From the human T2T-CHM13v2.0 reference genome, Homo sapiens, in assembly GCF_009914755.1 (NCBI RefSeq), contig NC_060930.1: DNA of 64,000 nucleotides. One strand, written 5' to 3'. A model generated the notes under the pieces. The model was not told the DNA's origin and did no database searches. It saw nothing but the letters and a program-made list of their open reading frames with translations. This document shows positions 31,307-44,766 of this stretch, one piece after another (the first letter of the stretch is position 1; every line of letters begins with the position of its first letter). The position numbers and the translations under genes were made by a program.

Positions 31307-32561
31307 TGGTGTTGGAAAAACTGTATGCAGAAGAATTAAACTGGGCCCCCACATTTCACCATATAGAAAAATTAACTCAAAATGGATTAAAGACTTAAAT
31401 GTAAGACCTCAAACTATAAAAAATCTAGAAGAAAACCAAGGAAATACTCTTCTAGTCATTGGCCTTGGCAAAGAATTTATGATGAAGACCCCAAAAGCAA
31501 ATGCAACAAAATAAAAAATAGACAAATGGAACTTAAACTAAACAGCTTCTGCACAGCAAAATAAACTATCAACAGAGTAAACCACCAGCCTACAGAATGG
31601 GAGAAAATACTTGCAAACTATGTATCTGACAAAGCATTAATATTTAGATTCTGTAAAGATTCTAATATTTAGATTTTATAAAGAATTCAAACAAATCAAC
31701 AAGAAAAATAACCTCATTAAAAAGTGAGCAAAAGACAGACATTTCTCAAAAGAAGATATACAAACAGCCAATAAACATTTGAATAAAATGTTCAACATTA
31801 CTAATCATCAAAGAGATGCAAATCAATGAGATGCAAAACACTGAGATACTATCTCACATCAGTCACAATGGCTATTATTAAAAGTCAAAAACAACAGATG
31901 CTGCTGAGGCTGTGGAGAAAAGGGGAAACACTTATACACTGTTGGTGGGAATACAAATTAGTTCAGCCCCTGTGGAAAGCAGTTTGGAGATTTCTCAAAG
32001 AACTAAAAATAGAACTACCATTTGACCCAGCAATCCCATTACTTAGAATATACTCAAAGGAACATAAATTGTTCTAACAAAAAGACACATGCAGCACTAT
32101 TCACAATAGAAAAGACATGGAATCCCAACTGCTTGTCAATGGTGGATTGGATGAAGAAAATGAAGTATATCCCTATGGAATACTACACAGCCATAGAAAA
32201 GAACAAAATCATGTTCTTTGCAGTAACATAGATGTAGCTGGAGCCTGTTAGACTAAACGAATTAATGCAGAAACTGAAAACCAAATGTTACATGTTCTCA
32301 CTTTTAAGTGGGAACTGAATCTTTGCTCATGTAGACATAAAGATGAGAAAAATAGACACAGGGGATTTCATAAGGAGGAAGGGAAGGAAGAGTACAATGA
32401 CTGAAAAGCTTCCTATTGGGTACTATTGTTCACTATCTAGGTTATAGGATCAATAGAAGCCCAAACCTTAACATCATACAATATAGCTTTGTAACAAATC
32501 TCTACATGTACCCTTTGAATGTAAAACATAAATGGAAATTTTAAAAATAAAAAAATAAAAA
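31307..32561 (+). mobile_element. L1PB-type 5'-truncated element (end of ORF2 and 3' UTR)
   Basis: ORF 31826..32077 YYLTSVTMAIIK...[14 protein letters not shown]; L1PB 3' UTR CCTATTGGGTACTA...TAGAAGCCCAAACCT; A-rich tail. Confidence 0.9.
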
Positions 32562-32781
32562 TCATGATCTAACTTAAAAATTTCACCATTATTATCATGG
32601 GGGTTCATCTACATTTGCACTTTTTTTCCAAAATTATTTAAGCTCTTGGATTTGAGGAAATTTCTTAAAAATTTGTGCTGAAGTAAGAATTGGAATTGCA
32701 ATGATTCACTAGTTAAATTGGCAAGAATTAACATCTTGATAATATTAAATCATCCAACCATAATCATAGTATGTTTTCTTT

Positions 32782-33923
<1,142 letters not shown>

Positions 33924-35034
33924 CATAGTATGTTTTCTTTAGCTATTCAGATCTTTTTTAAAGTTGTTGTTCTTTGAAATAATTGAAAAGAAATAACTTT
34001 AAAGCCTCCTATAGTTAGTTGTTTTACAATAATATTCTTTAAATATATTAAAATCTTAATAAACCTTCAGGTACTTTCTCTATTACTCCTGCTAAGTACA
34101 GCTGAAAACTCTGTACATTATATATAAAACAAACATAAGAAGACGCTGAAAGGTAGAAAGAAGAAGGTAGACAGGCTGCAAACCTCAGAATTTAAGAAAG
34201 GACACAGCAGTGAGTTACCTGGATTGCCTTTTTAGCCCATATATTCTGAACTGAGTGTTAGAGAAACCAACAACTGTGAAACACCAACAGGCACAAACAA
34301 AAAAGAAGCACAAAGAAAAGCTTCTTCTCCCTAGCTCAAGAATCAGAAGACAGGAAGCCCAGAAAGACAGAAAACTTTTAGATAATAACCTCTTTATTTC
34401 AGCCAAACCTATTGAAAATACTATGTGGTGCCTCCACTAACAGCCAGCACAAGGCAGGTGCAGAGCCCAGACTTCTATCCATGCCAGGTGCCCCAACTTC
34501 CCACCTGGGGTAGTGTCAGAAGGTTGAGTAAGGAGTCTAGATTTTCATCCTCCTCAGGTGGTAACAAGGTCAACTTTCCCTTCCCTTCACTACAACGGTA
34601 ATGTCAGTGGAGACCTGTGGAGAGTCGGGATTTTTACCACTGCCCAGAGGTAACCAGGCCATCTCTCCCAAAGAATCAGTGGAGGCCATGTGGGAAAAAG
34701 TAATGAGGCACCCCACCCTTCCCAGCCAGGTAGGCATCCGTGGTGAACTAGTGGGAAGTTAAAACTCCCATCCCTGTCAAGCGGTTATGAAAAGCCTGTC
34801 CCCTCCCATGGTGTCAAAAGATGCTGAGTGAAGAACATAAACTTCCACCCTCTTCTGGCAGTAAAAAGGCAGTGCCCCTTCCATAGAGTGCATGGTTCCA
34901 GAGGAGGTAAGAAATATTTAAGTAAGATTTGAAGTCTCATAACATAAAACCCCAAATGTTCAAATTCAAATATTACTTGTCTTGCTTACAATTTGATTAA
35001 AAGATAATTTCAACTTGAAAGAGGAAAGGCAGGC

Positions 35035-35420
35035 ATACAATAGAATATTATTCAGTCTTAAAAAAAGAAGAAAATTCTGCAGTATGTGAGAAAGTGGGTT
35101 AATTCTTGAAGTCATTAAACTAAGCAAAATAAACCAGATACAAAAGAACAACTCCTATATGTTTCCACTTATATAAAGTACCTAAAATAGGCAAATTCAT
35201 AGAATTAAATAGTGGAATGGTGATTTCCAGAGTCTAGTAGGGAGGGAGAAGTGGTAAGCTACTAATCAATGGGCACAAAATTTCAGTTAAACAAGATGAA
35301 TAAATTCTAGTGATCTGCTGTACAACATTGCGCCTATAGTTAACAGTACTTTATTTCACATTTTAAAATTTGTTAAGAGGATGGATATCATGTTAAGTGT
35401 TCCTACAATTAAAAAAAAGA
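35035..35420 (+). mobile_element. L1MA9/L1MB-type 3' end
   Basis: AATAGAATATTATTCAGTCTTAAAAAAAGAAGAAAATTCTG...GATGAATAAATTCTAGTGATCTGCTGTACAACATTG...TTTGTTAAGAGG. Confidence 0.8.
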
Positions 35421-35427
35421 CAATCAG

Positions 35428-35575
35428 CCCATAAACCCAGCATTGTTGGAGGCTGAGGTGGGAGGACTGCTTGAGCCTAGGAGTATGAGGCTGCAGTGAG
35501 CCATGATCATGCCACTATACTCCATCCTTGGTGACAGAGTGAGACCCTGTCTCAAACAATAAAAAATAAAAAAAG
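35428..35575 (+). mobile_element. Alu monomer (FRAM/AluJ right-arm-like)
   Basis: GGAGGCTGAGGTGGGAGGACTGCTTGAGCCTAGGAG...GAGGCTGCAGTGAGCCATGATC...GAGACCCTGTCTC plus A-rich tail. Confidence 0.85.
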
Positions 35576-35734
35576 ACAATCAGCAGATACAAATGCCAAG
35601 ATGAAACAGATATTAAATGATCTGACAAGAATCTTAAAATAGTCATGACAAAAATGCTTCAAAGAAATTATGAACATGTTTGACACAAATCCAAAAAAAA
35701 TCAGCAAAGAAACAGAAGACGTAAAGAATAACTA

Positions 35735-37020
35735 GGAAGTTGGGAACCCTGCACAGGTCTACTGCTAACTGGGATTCATTCCTGGCTCCCAATGACTCTT
35801 GCAGAGGGGATGAGTTGAACAGGCAAGGAACAACCCACTCTAGCCATGGGCCTCTGGAATCCCAGCAGGTGGAGACCTCTCTACCACCACAAACACCCGA
35901 GTTTTCAGGGAAAGCTGCTTAGAGAAGTGGTAGAGGCAGAACTCAAGTCAGTTCTCCAGCCAGGGCAATCACAGAGAGCTTGATGTGGGAGCATCTGTAG
36001 TGGTGCATGCCCAGGGACACCCATCCCGCTGGGCTCAACTTGCTCTCATAGGATACTTTAGCCATAAGGGAGCTGTCTGACCAAAACTTCAGGGTGGCTT
36101 TGCCCATGAGACCAGGCCAGTCCAACGAGCACACCTTAGTCTGCTGGCCTCTTCTGGGGTAGTGTCAGAAGGTTGAGTAAGGAGTCTAGATTTTCATTCT
36201 CATCCTGCTTAGACACATCTGCTTGCAGTGTAGCCCCAGATACTTCCTGGGGCTACATCCCAAATACTTCCTGGGGGGCTGCATCATAGCTCCTGTGCTG
36301 GCAAACCACATTTGACTATCTCACAGCAGTCAGAATGGCTATTATAAAGAAGTCAAAAAACAACAGATGCTGGTGAGGTTGCAGAGAAAAGGGAACATTT
36401 ATACACTGTTGGTGGGAGTGTAAATTAGTTCAATCATTGTAGAAAGCAGTGTGGCGATTCCTCAAAAAGCTAAAAACAGAACTACCATTTGTTCTAGCAG
36501 TCCCATTACTGGGTATATACCCAAAAGAATATAACTCATTCTACTTTAAAGACACACGCACACATATGTTCATTGCAGCATTGTTCACAATAGCAAAAAT
36601 ATGGAATCAACCTAAATGTCCATCAGTGGTAGACTGGATAAGGAAAACATGGTACATATACACCATGGAATACTATGAAGCCATAAAAAGAAAAATATCC
36701 TGTCCTTTGCAGGAACGTGGATGAAACCAAAGGCCTTTATTCTTAACAAACTAATGCAAGAACAGAAAACCACATATTTTATGTTCTTATAAGTGGGATC
36801 TGAATTATGAGAATACATGGACACAAAGAAGGGAGCAACAGACACTGGGACTTACCAGAGGGTGGAAGATGAGAGAAGGGAGAAGAGCAGAAAAAATAAC
36901 CATTGGGTTCCAGGTTTAGTGCCTCAGTGAAAATATGTATATCAAACCCCAGTGATATGAGTTTATCTATATAACAAACCTGCTTATGTACCCCTGAACC
37001 TAAAATTAAAGTTTTTAGAA
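35735..37020 (+). mobile_element. Older primate L1 (L1PA15/16-L1PB type): 5'-UTR-like segment fused directly to the 3' end
   Basis: GC-richer 5'-UTR-like 35735-~36310, then TATCTCACAGCAGTCAGAATGGC...; ORF 36449..36724 is the ORF2 C-terminus; candidate TSD AATAACTA at 35727-35734 / 37021-37028. Confidence 0.75.
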
Positions 37021-40000
37021 AATAACTAAATAGAAATAAAAAATATAATAACCAAAATAAAATCTCAATAGATGAACCTAACTGCAGAATGGTGGAGGCA
37101 GAGGAATGGATTGGTGATCTTGAAGATAAAATAATAGAAATTACTCAACCTGAACAACAGAAGAAAGTGGACTGTTAAAAAAATAAACAAAGCCTTAGGG
37201 ACCTGGAAGGCTATAACAATAGCTCTAAATTCATGTTAACAGAATTCTGGAGGAACAGGAGAAACACAGAGGAGCTGAAAAAGTATTTTTAAAAATAATG
37301 GTTGAAATGGTAGAAAATATGTAAATCTACCTGATTCAAGAAGCTGAGTAAGCCCCAAACAGGATACACCCAAGAAATCCATGCCAAAACACATCATAAT
37401 GAAATTTCTAAAAACTAAAAACAAATATAAATCTTGAAGGCAGTAGGAAAAAAATCTTACCTATGGGGGAAAAACATTTTGAATGACAGCAGATTTCTCA
37501 TCAAAAATTGTGGAGGTGAAAAGGAAGTGACACAATACTTTTCAAGTACTGGAAGAAAATAACTGTCAGCTTAAGATCCTATATCCACTGACATATCCTT
37601 CATTAATGAAGAGGAAATCAAGACATTCTCAGATGAAGAAAGACTACTGTAATTTTTCACTAGCAGACCTACTGTAATGAAATGGCTAAAGAAAATTTGC
37701 TAAACAAATTATAAAAGAATTTTAGAACATCAGAAAGCAAGAAAGAAAAATAGAAAAAGTAAGACTATAGGTAAATATAATAGACATTTCTTTTATTCTT
37801 GAGTTTTCTAAATTATATTTGACAGTTGAAGTAATAATTAAATCACCATCTGATCTTCTAAATGTATGTAGGGAAAATATTCAAAACATTCATATTATAA
37901 ATAAGGGATGTTAAAGGAGTATAAAGGCAGGTAAGGTTGCTACACTTCAACTTAAAAAGTGTTGCAACAATTGACTGTGATAAATTGTATGTGAACAATG
38001 TGATGATGGTATGATACATATGATTCCACTTAGATTATGATCTTGAAATTACAAAATTATGGAGACAGAGAGCAAAATGTTGTTTACCAATTGTTAGGGA
38101 TAGTTGCAGGAAAGGATGGGTGTGACTATAGAGGGATATAGAGAGGTATGTTACTGTTAGAATAATTTTTTACCTTAATAGTGATAGTGTTTACACAAAT
38201 CTGCAAGCAATAAAATGGCATAGAACTATATACATATGTTGTACCAATGCTAATTTCTTGGTTTTTATACTGCGTTATTGCAGTATTAGATGTAATCATT
38301 ACAGGAAACTGGATGAACTGAGGCACAGAACTTCTCTATAGTATCTTTACAACCCTCTGTGAATTTACAATCAGTTTCATATAATAAAATTTAAGCAAAA
38401 TCTGCATCATCTGTCAACATAGTAATAAATTAACTAACTTTTGAAAATACGCTCAGAGTGAAGAGATTTAATATATTTTTTCCTTTTTCTGGGATTTAGG
38501 AGGTCTTACATTTCGGAAAGATGGAATCATCCCAGGAGACAGTATCACCGTGTAGAACTAGATTAGGCTGTAAGCTCAGTTAGTCTATCATGCATTCAAA
38601 TAAATAATGTAACTGCTTTTTGAAAAACATAATGCTAGGTGGGAAAGTCAAAGTCAAGTAAAACAAAGTCATCACTTCCTAGAGACCTGAAGCTTATCAG
38701 GGGAATACAGGCATGTAAGCAAATCAAGGCTCTAAAGTGCTATAGATTACGTAGCTCTTTGTACAGAATATATTGAGAGTTCAAGGGAGACGTAGCACTA
38801 TCAAGGCTGCCTAAAGAGAGAATGCTTCTTGAAGGAGAGAATCTTCCACCTAAGAGTTGAAGGATGAATAGTTCTTCCGATAGAAAAGGATGAAAAACAG
38901 GGCAAAGAGGTCATATATAATTTCTCTTTGTAAATTTAGCACCTAAAACTGATGGCTGCTATTCAAAAGGTCCTCCATAAATATGTGAAACCCTGGGAAG
39001 TCAGGACTGTATGGAAGAAAGGGCGATGAATTCTAATCATGAAAGGTAGGAAAAAGAATAAATTCCTATTTTTTTCCCTGAGTAGTGCTTTACCAGGGGT
39101 GCCAAAATTTATTTCTCTTGTATAATGTGTGTCTAACTAGAGACAAACACTAAACAATAGAATTTTTTAAAATAATACAAATTTTCAATGTTTTTCTTTA
39201 AATTTTTAAACCAGAGCTTAGTGAATAATTTTAGTAAATTATTGGAATTAGTAAGTTCTAAAGTTTTATACCACTTTTTGTGTTTGTTTCTAAAAATGTT
39301 AACCATTATAAAATAGAACTGAACAAAGATTTCGATCTGCCTATTTGAAACTTTGTAATCAACAGAAAATATAAAAATAGATCTCAAATTCTTTAGGTAA
39401 TATCTATGGAAACATATAAAAGTTCTTGTTATTGAGTTGTTAGTAAAATGACAATTATATAACTGTTCACTACTATGTGTGAATTTAAGACTTGGAGGCT
39501 AGCCCATACTCAATAGTTTATTAAAATTGAGGCAGAAAGTCAGAAGTGGAAAACTAGTTAAACGTGATCTTTAGATCTCCACAGGATAGATGAGTTAAAT
39601 GGTTATATAAAACTCTTGTTTCTCAATAAGTAATGATGCCTCAGAAGACAGTGTTTTGTTTTCACTTCTCACAGTAACAGAATGATATTTTAGCAAACAA
39701 AAAAATCTTATTGGCATTTAAAGACACAATGGAAAAATATATGCAATTGGTGTTGGCAGAGTTGTGCATCCTATAACACATCATTTGCTGTTGTATTTGC
39801 CATGATCCCTGAAACTTCAAGTCAGGTGTTATATAGGCAAGCCAATGTTTAGAGCTAAATTTATATGATTTTTCCTCATGGTAGACAATGAGGTGTTTAA
39901 ATTGGAAGTTATTCAGTTGTTATAATCCATTTAGATGGACAATAAGATAATTTATATTACAAGCCATAAAACAGGCTACTTCTGAATTTTTACTTTTATA

Positions 40001-40184
40001 GAGATATATATGTGAAATAACAAGAAAAAAATACAATGGTAACACATTCACTACTCAATAAAGATAGCATATAATACATGTAAAATACATATATGTGTAT
40101 GTGTACATGACAAATGTGATATATATGTGTATGCATATGTAAATATTTATAATATAATATTATAACCAGGTGTCTTTCTTGAAT

Positions 40185-40420
40185 GTGCTAATGAATATTT
40201 CCTAAATGCTGGGCACTCTACTCAGTATTGTATTTTTCCTCAAGAATTTTTATCCTCAAGAATCCTAAGAGATATATAATATTACTATCTTCATTTAATA
40301 GGAGAGACCACTGAAGCCTAGAAAGGTTAAGTGACTTGACCAAATTCACCCAGCTGGTAAGAGGTCAAGCCACAAAGCTAAGATAAAATGGCAAGTCTGA
40401 CTTTAGAGGCCATATACGGA
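40185..40420 (-). mobile_element. MIR SINE
   Basis: GAGACCACTGAAGCCTAGAAAGGTTAAGTGACTTGACCAAATTCACCCAGCTGGTAAG. Confidence 0.75.
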
Positions 40421-41134
40421 GACAGTAGGCTCCCCACACATTTCTATTGAAGCGAATGGCCTCTAAACATGGCAAAATGCATGGGAATATGTGTCTCTTA
40501 GGCTTGTTTAACTTAATTTTTTACAACCACAGTCAACATTTCTCAAAGGTTTCATTTAATTCACTACTGGGAATTTTTCAAAAGTCATTCCACAGCAATT
40601 TTCTAACATAGGAAAAAAACTGTGACATTTTCAAGGAATAGAAATTAAGCAGTCCATATGACCATGTTTCTCCTGGAAACATATTTTGGCTCAGTGCTGG
40701 ACCATGCATCAGAGACTGGGCAGGCTCCAGCATATGTCCCAGAGCCACTTGATGATTGTTTTAGCAGAAGGTACCAACACTTTAACAGAGTTAAGCCAGG
40801 CACTTGTGCAAATGAGTTCTGGATCCTCCTCTGTGAACAGCTGATAGAAGACAGAATTCAAGTGTTCTCGTCTGGGAGAACTTCAAGGCATGTCATGGTG
40901 TTTTTAGTCACATGCTCACATTAACCTGCTTTACAGAATGATCGAACTAGAAGGTATCAGAGAGAATGTCTCACCTAACTCCCACGTTTGGCAGCCAGGA
41001 CTGGAGAATAAAGTGATTGACCCAAAGCCGTGCAGATAATCAAAGGCAGAGTTAAGGGGAACTGAGATCTCCTGGCTCAAACAGTGATTCAGCCGCTCCT
41101 AACAACAGCTGAGAAGTGGTCTTTACATTTTAAG

Positions 41135-41610
41135 TATGAAACCTCCTAACTTCAGTGGCTGGAGTTTAAAGGGGAGTATTTTTGGTTCATGTTACCGAAA
41201 CAGCCACAACAATATCAACAATAACTAGTTTTTCTCTTCATCTTTCACCAGTATTTTCTCTCTATTGACTCTATTCTCAGGTTTCCCAATGTAGCAGATG
41301 ACTCTAGCGGCTCCAGCTTCAGCATCATCTTAAGTTCAAGTGAAAAGGAAAAGAGAATCTCTTTTTCTTCAAACAATTTCAAACTAAAATCTTGAGTCTG
41401 ACTTTTCCTGGCCAGAATTAAGCTTGTACTTATCCCTGAAAAATCATCAATGCTACAGTGATGAATTTACCAATTGAGGCAGAATTTAGGTCACATGACG
41501 CTCCAAAGCCTCTTCAAAACCGCATGACTCAGAGTGAGGCAGAAGTATTTGGGATATTTGCAACAGGAGAAGGGTAAATGAATGGAGAGTGCCAAAACAA
41601 CTTATGTCAA
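41135..41610 (-). mobile_element. MLT1J/K-like LTR remnant
   Basis: TATTTTTGGTTCATGTTACCGAAA; AAAAGGAAAAGAGAATCTC; TTAGGTCACATG; GAAGGGTAAATGAATG. Confidence 0.55.
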
Positions 41611-41817
41611 TTATACAATTATAAATACAACCAAAATAAAGTATGGAAATCAGTATTTTCACCTATCTTAACAGAGTGTAAGATTTATTCTGTTGAATAT
41701 TTGCCATATTTCACTTTCCACATTCAGCACTCTGCAATATTTAAAGAAGAAAATAAGTCTCCATATACTGAATAAAGACATATCAAAATTTGTGTGACAT
41801 CATATTCCTTAGTTACA

Positions 41818-42122
41818 TTTTTTGTTCATTCATTTGTGTGTTTGTTTATGTCACCCACACTAGATCATGGTGGTGTGAACATGGTTCACTACAGCCTCAA
41901 CATCCTGGGCCCAAGCAATCCTCCCACCTCAGCCTCCTGTGTAGCTAAGACCACAGGTGGGCACCACCATGCCCAGCTACCTTTTAATTTTTTGTAGATA
42001 TGGGGGTCTCACTTTGTTGCCCAGGCTGGTCTCGAACTCCTGGGCTCAAGCTATCCCCACAACACTTTGGTTTGGCCTCCCAAAGTGTCGGGATTACAGG
42101 TGCGAGCCAGTGCACTCAGCCT
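41818..42122 (-). mobile_element. AluJ
   Basis: ATGGTTCACTACAGCCTCAACATCCTGGGCCCAAGCAATCCTCCCACCTCAGCC; GGGTCTCACTTTGTTGCCCAGGCTGGTCTCGAACTCCTGGGCTCAAG. Confidence 0.9.
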
Positions 42123-42554
42123 TACATTTTTTAATAAATGAATTTAAACAAAGAATAGAAACATATTTTTAAACACACCAATTAACAAACCAAAGTGTAT
42201 TGCAAATTATTGGAAGGGACAGCAGAGTGAAAAAATGTTATCCCACCTGCAGGAGGTGGAAAAGGTGATAATATGAAACAAATATTTCCACCTATCCTAA
42301 TAGAGTAAAAGATTTATTCTGCTGGATATTTTCTGTATTTTACCTACCTTCCACATTCAGCACTCTGCACTCTCTTGCCCAACTATTCCTTTTAATTTTC
42401 CCATAATACAACTTTTTAATATTTTATGTAATATATGTATTTATTTCTTTCTTTTACTAACTGTGTTTCCTACTGGAATGTAAGCTTCAAAAATTCAGAG
42501 ATCTTTGTCCTTGTTGCTGATATAGCCTACTGTCTAAAAAAAACTTCAGATATT

Positions 42555-43143
42555 TAATTTTTTTAACTTTTAAGTTCAGGGGTACAAGTGCAAGTTTGTT
42601 ACATAGATAAACATGTGTCATGGGGGTTTCTTGTGCATATCATTTAATCACTCAGGTATTAAGCTTAGTACCCATTAGTTATTTTTTTCTGATCTTCTCT
42701 CTCCTCCTATCCTTCACTCTTCAATAGGCCCCAGTGTGTGTTATTCTCCTCTATGGGTCCATATGTTCTCATCATTTAGCTCCCACTTATAAGTGAGAGC
42801 ATGCAGTGTTTGGTTTTCTGTTTCTGTCAGTTTGCTAGGGATAATGGCCTCCAGCTCCAACCATGTTCCTGCAAAGGACATGATCTCATTTTTTTTATGG
42901 CTGCATGGTAGTCCATGGTGTATATATACCACATTTTCTTTATCCAGTCTATCATTGATGGGCATTTATATTGATTTCATGTCTTTGAGATTGTAAATAG
43001 TGCTGCAGTGAACATATGTGTGTATGTGTCTTTATAATATAATGATTTATGTTCCTTTGGGTATATACCCAGCAATGGGATTGCTGGGTCAAATGGTTTT
43101 TCTGTCTTTAGGTCTTTGAGGAATTGCCACACTGTCTTCCACC
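42555..43143 (-). mobile_element. Older L1PA (about PA13-16) 3' end, antisense
   Basis: TTTTAAGTTCAGGGGTACAAGTGCAAGTTTGTTACATAG...CTTTGAGGAATTGCCACACTGTCTTCCAC. Confidence 0.9.
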
Positions 43144-43470
43144 ATCTTTATTTCTGCCTTCGTTTCGTTATGTACCAGTAGTCATTCAGGAGCAGGTTAT
43201 TCAGTTTCCATGTAGTTGATCAGTTTTGAGTGAGTTTCTTAATCCTGAGTTCTAGTTTGATTGCACTGTGGTCTGAGAGACAGTTTGTTATAATTTCTGT
43301 TCTTTTACATTTGCTGAGAAGTGCTTTACTTCCAACTATAGCATTACGAGATATACCTAATGTAAATGACGAGTTAATGGGTGCAGCCCACTAACATGGT
43401 ATACATATGTAACAAACCTGCACGTTGTGCATTTGTACCCTAGAACTTAAAGTATAATAAAAAAGTAAAA
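43144..43470 (+). mobile_element. Short L1PA5-like insertion: inverted endonuclease-region fragment (43144-43339) joined to the last ~130 nt of the 3' UTR
   Basis: 43144-43339 is the reverse complement of ~13687-13883 of the full-length L1; 43338-43470 ends CCCTAGAACTTAAAGTATAATAAAAA. Confidence 0.85.
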
Positions 43471-43677
43471 AAATAACAGTTACTGGCAAGGTTGTGGAGA
43501 AAAAGGAAGGCTTATACACTGTTGGTGGGAGTGTAAATTAGTTCCACCAACAGTTTACAAGTGTTCCCTTTCTCCACATCCTCACCAGAAATTTTTATTA
43601 CCTGTCTTTTGGATATAAGTCATTTTAACGGGGGTGAGATGATGTCAGTGTAGTTTTGGTTTGCATTTATCTGAATA
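43471..43677. mobile_element. Two opposed L1 ORF2 fragments (plus ~43471-43545; minus, L1MA-like, ~43543-43677)
   Basis: CTTATACACTGTTGGTGGGAGTGTAAATTAGTTC, then CCACCAACAG...TTTCTCCACATCCTCACCAG...TTTGCATTT. Confidence 0.75.
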
Positions 43678-44693
43678 ATGCTACATTTTCAACAGACCTC
43701 TTCAGAGTGTTTGATAGATCAATGGACTAGCCACCATTCAAACATGCATGCCTACATGTATTCATTCAATACACACCCACCAAGAACTCACTAGAGCTGC
43801 ACCAGTCATTGCAGTTTTTTCAAAGGCCTCACTAGAATTTAAGCTTCATAATAGCAGAGTTTTTGTCTACTGTATTCAATGTCATCTCTCTGTCATAGAA
43901 AATGGTGCCTGGCATGTGGACGATGCTCAATAAATGTTTGTCTCTTGACTGATGCACCGAAGAAATACTACTAGTGTTTTAGGGTTGGATGATAACTAGA
44001 TTAAAACCGTAGCTCTGAGGCTTGCCATATCTGTGATCTTGTCAAATATCTTAAATCCTCTATACATACACTACCTTATCTATGAATCGGAAATAAGATG
44101 CACATAGTTCTTATAAAAATTGAATATGGAAAAAGTATAAAATGCATAACATAGTATACATTTTAGAAAAATGTTATAAAATGTATAACATTGGCTAGAA
44201 TAAAAGTAAATTCTCAGTAAATTATATCTGTAACTATTAAGGTAGTAAGCCTCATAAAAATATAATTTATTTATAACCATAACAAAAATGAAGTTTACTA
44301 CAGCAAAGGTTTGTGCCAATAAATTAAGAAATGCAATTTCCTAGAGTTTTCTCATTGGGTAATTATCAGAAAACCACATTTCTGGAAGGAAGGTTCTCCT
44401 GATTTCTGTTTTTTCTTTGTCTATAGAACAGGTGACTAAATTAGTACTTATGATATTTTTAATGCTAAATTTTATAAATACTAGACTTCTGATGATCCCA
44501 AATCACTCATATCTATCTCTTTAAACTTCAACAGTATAAGCTAGAAAATGTGTTACTAGTGGTAAAAACCAGTCTCAGACCAAGTGTTGAAAAGTGCCCC
44601 CCTCAAAATGTCTTCCCCAGCCTATAGGCAGTATCTGGCCTGAGTCTGGTTACTTGTTCGGGTAGATGATGTCCATCTCATCTAAAGCACTAA

Positions 44694-44766
44694 AGCTACT
44701 TTTTTAGATGGAGTCTCACTCTGTTGCCCAGACTGGAGTACAGTGGTGCAATCTCTACTCACTGCA
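44694..44766 (-). repeat. Alu 3'-end fragment, apparent local copy of 45942-46013
   Basis: Shares the non-Alu flank AGCTAC and TTTTTTAGATGGAGTCTCACTCTG...GGAGTACAGTGGTGC with the Alu at 45948. Confidence 0.85.

Larger units (their letters stand above)
34075..38395 (+). mobile_element. Old L1MC/L1MD-like element (5' region, ORF1 remnant ~37030-37730, 3' UTR ~38015-38395) carrying nested insertions
   Basis: 5' AAGTACAGCTGAAAACTCTG...; ORF1-like AGCAGATTTCTCATCAAAAA and ATCCTATATCCA; L1MC/MD 3' end TTTACAACCCTCTGTGAATTTACAAT. ORF2 apparently absent. Confidence 0.6.

Noticed and set aside
40658-40924. 88-aa ORF in unique sequence as an exon or processed pseudogene
   Set aside because: No recognisable protein similarity on either strand, and no poly(A)/TSD or convincing splice-site pair.
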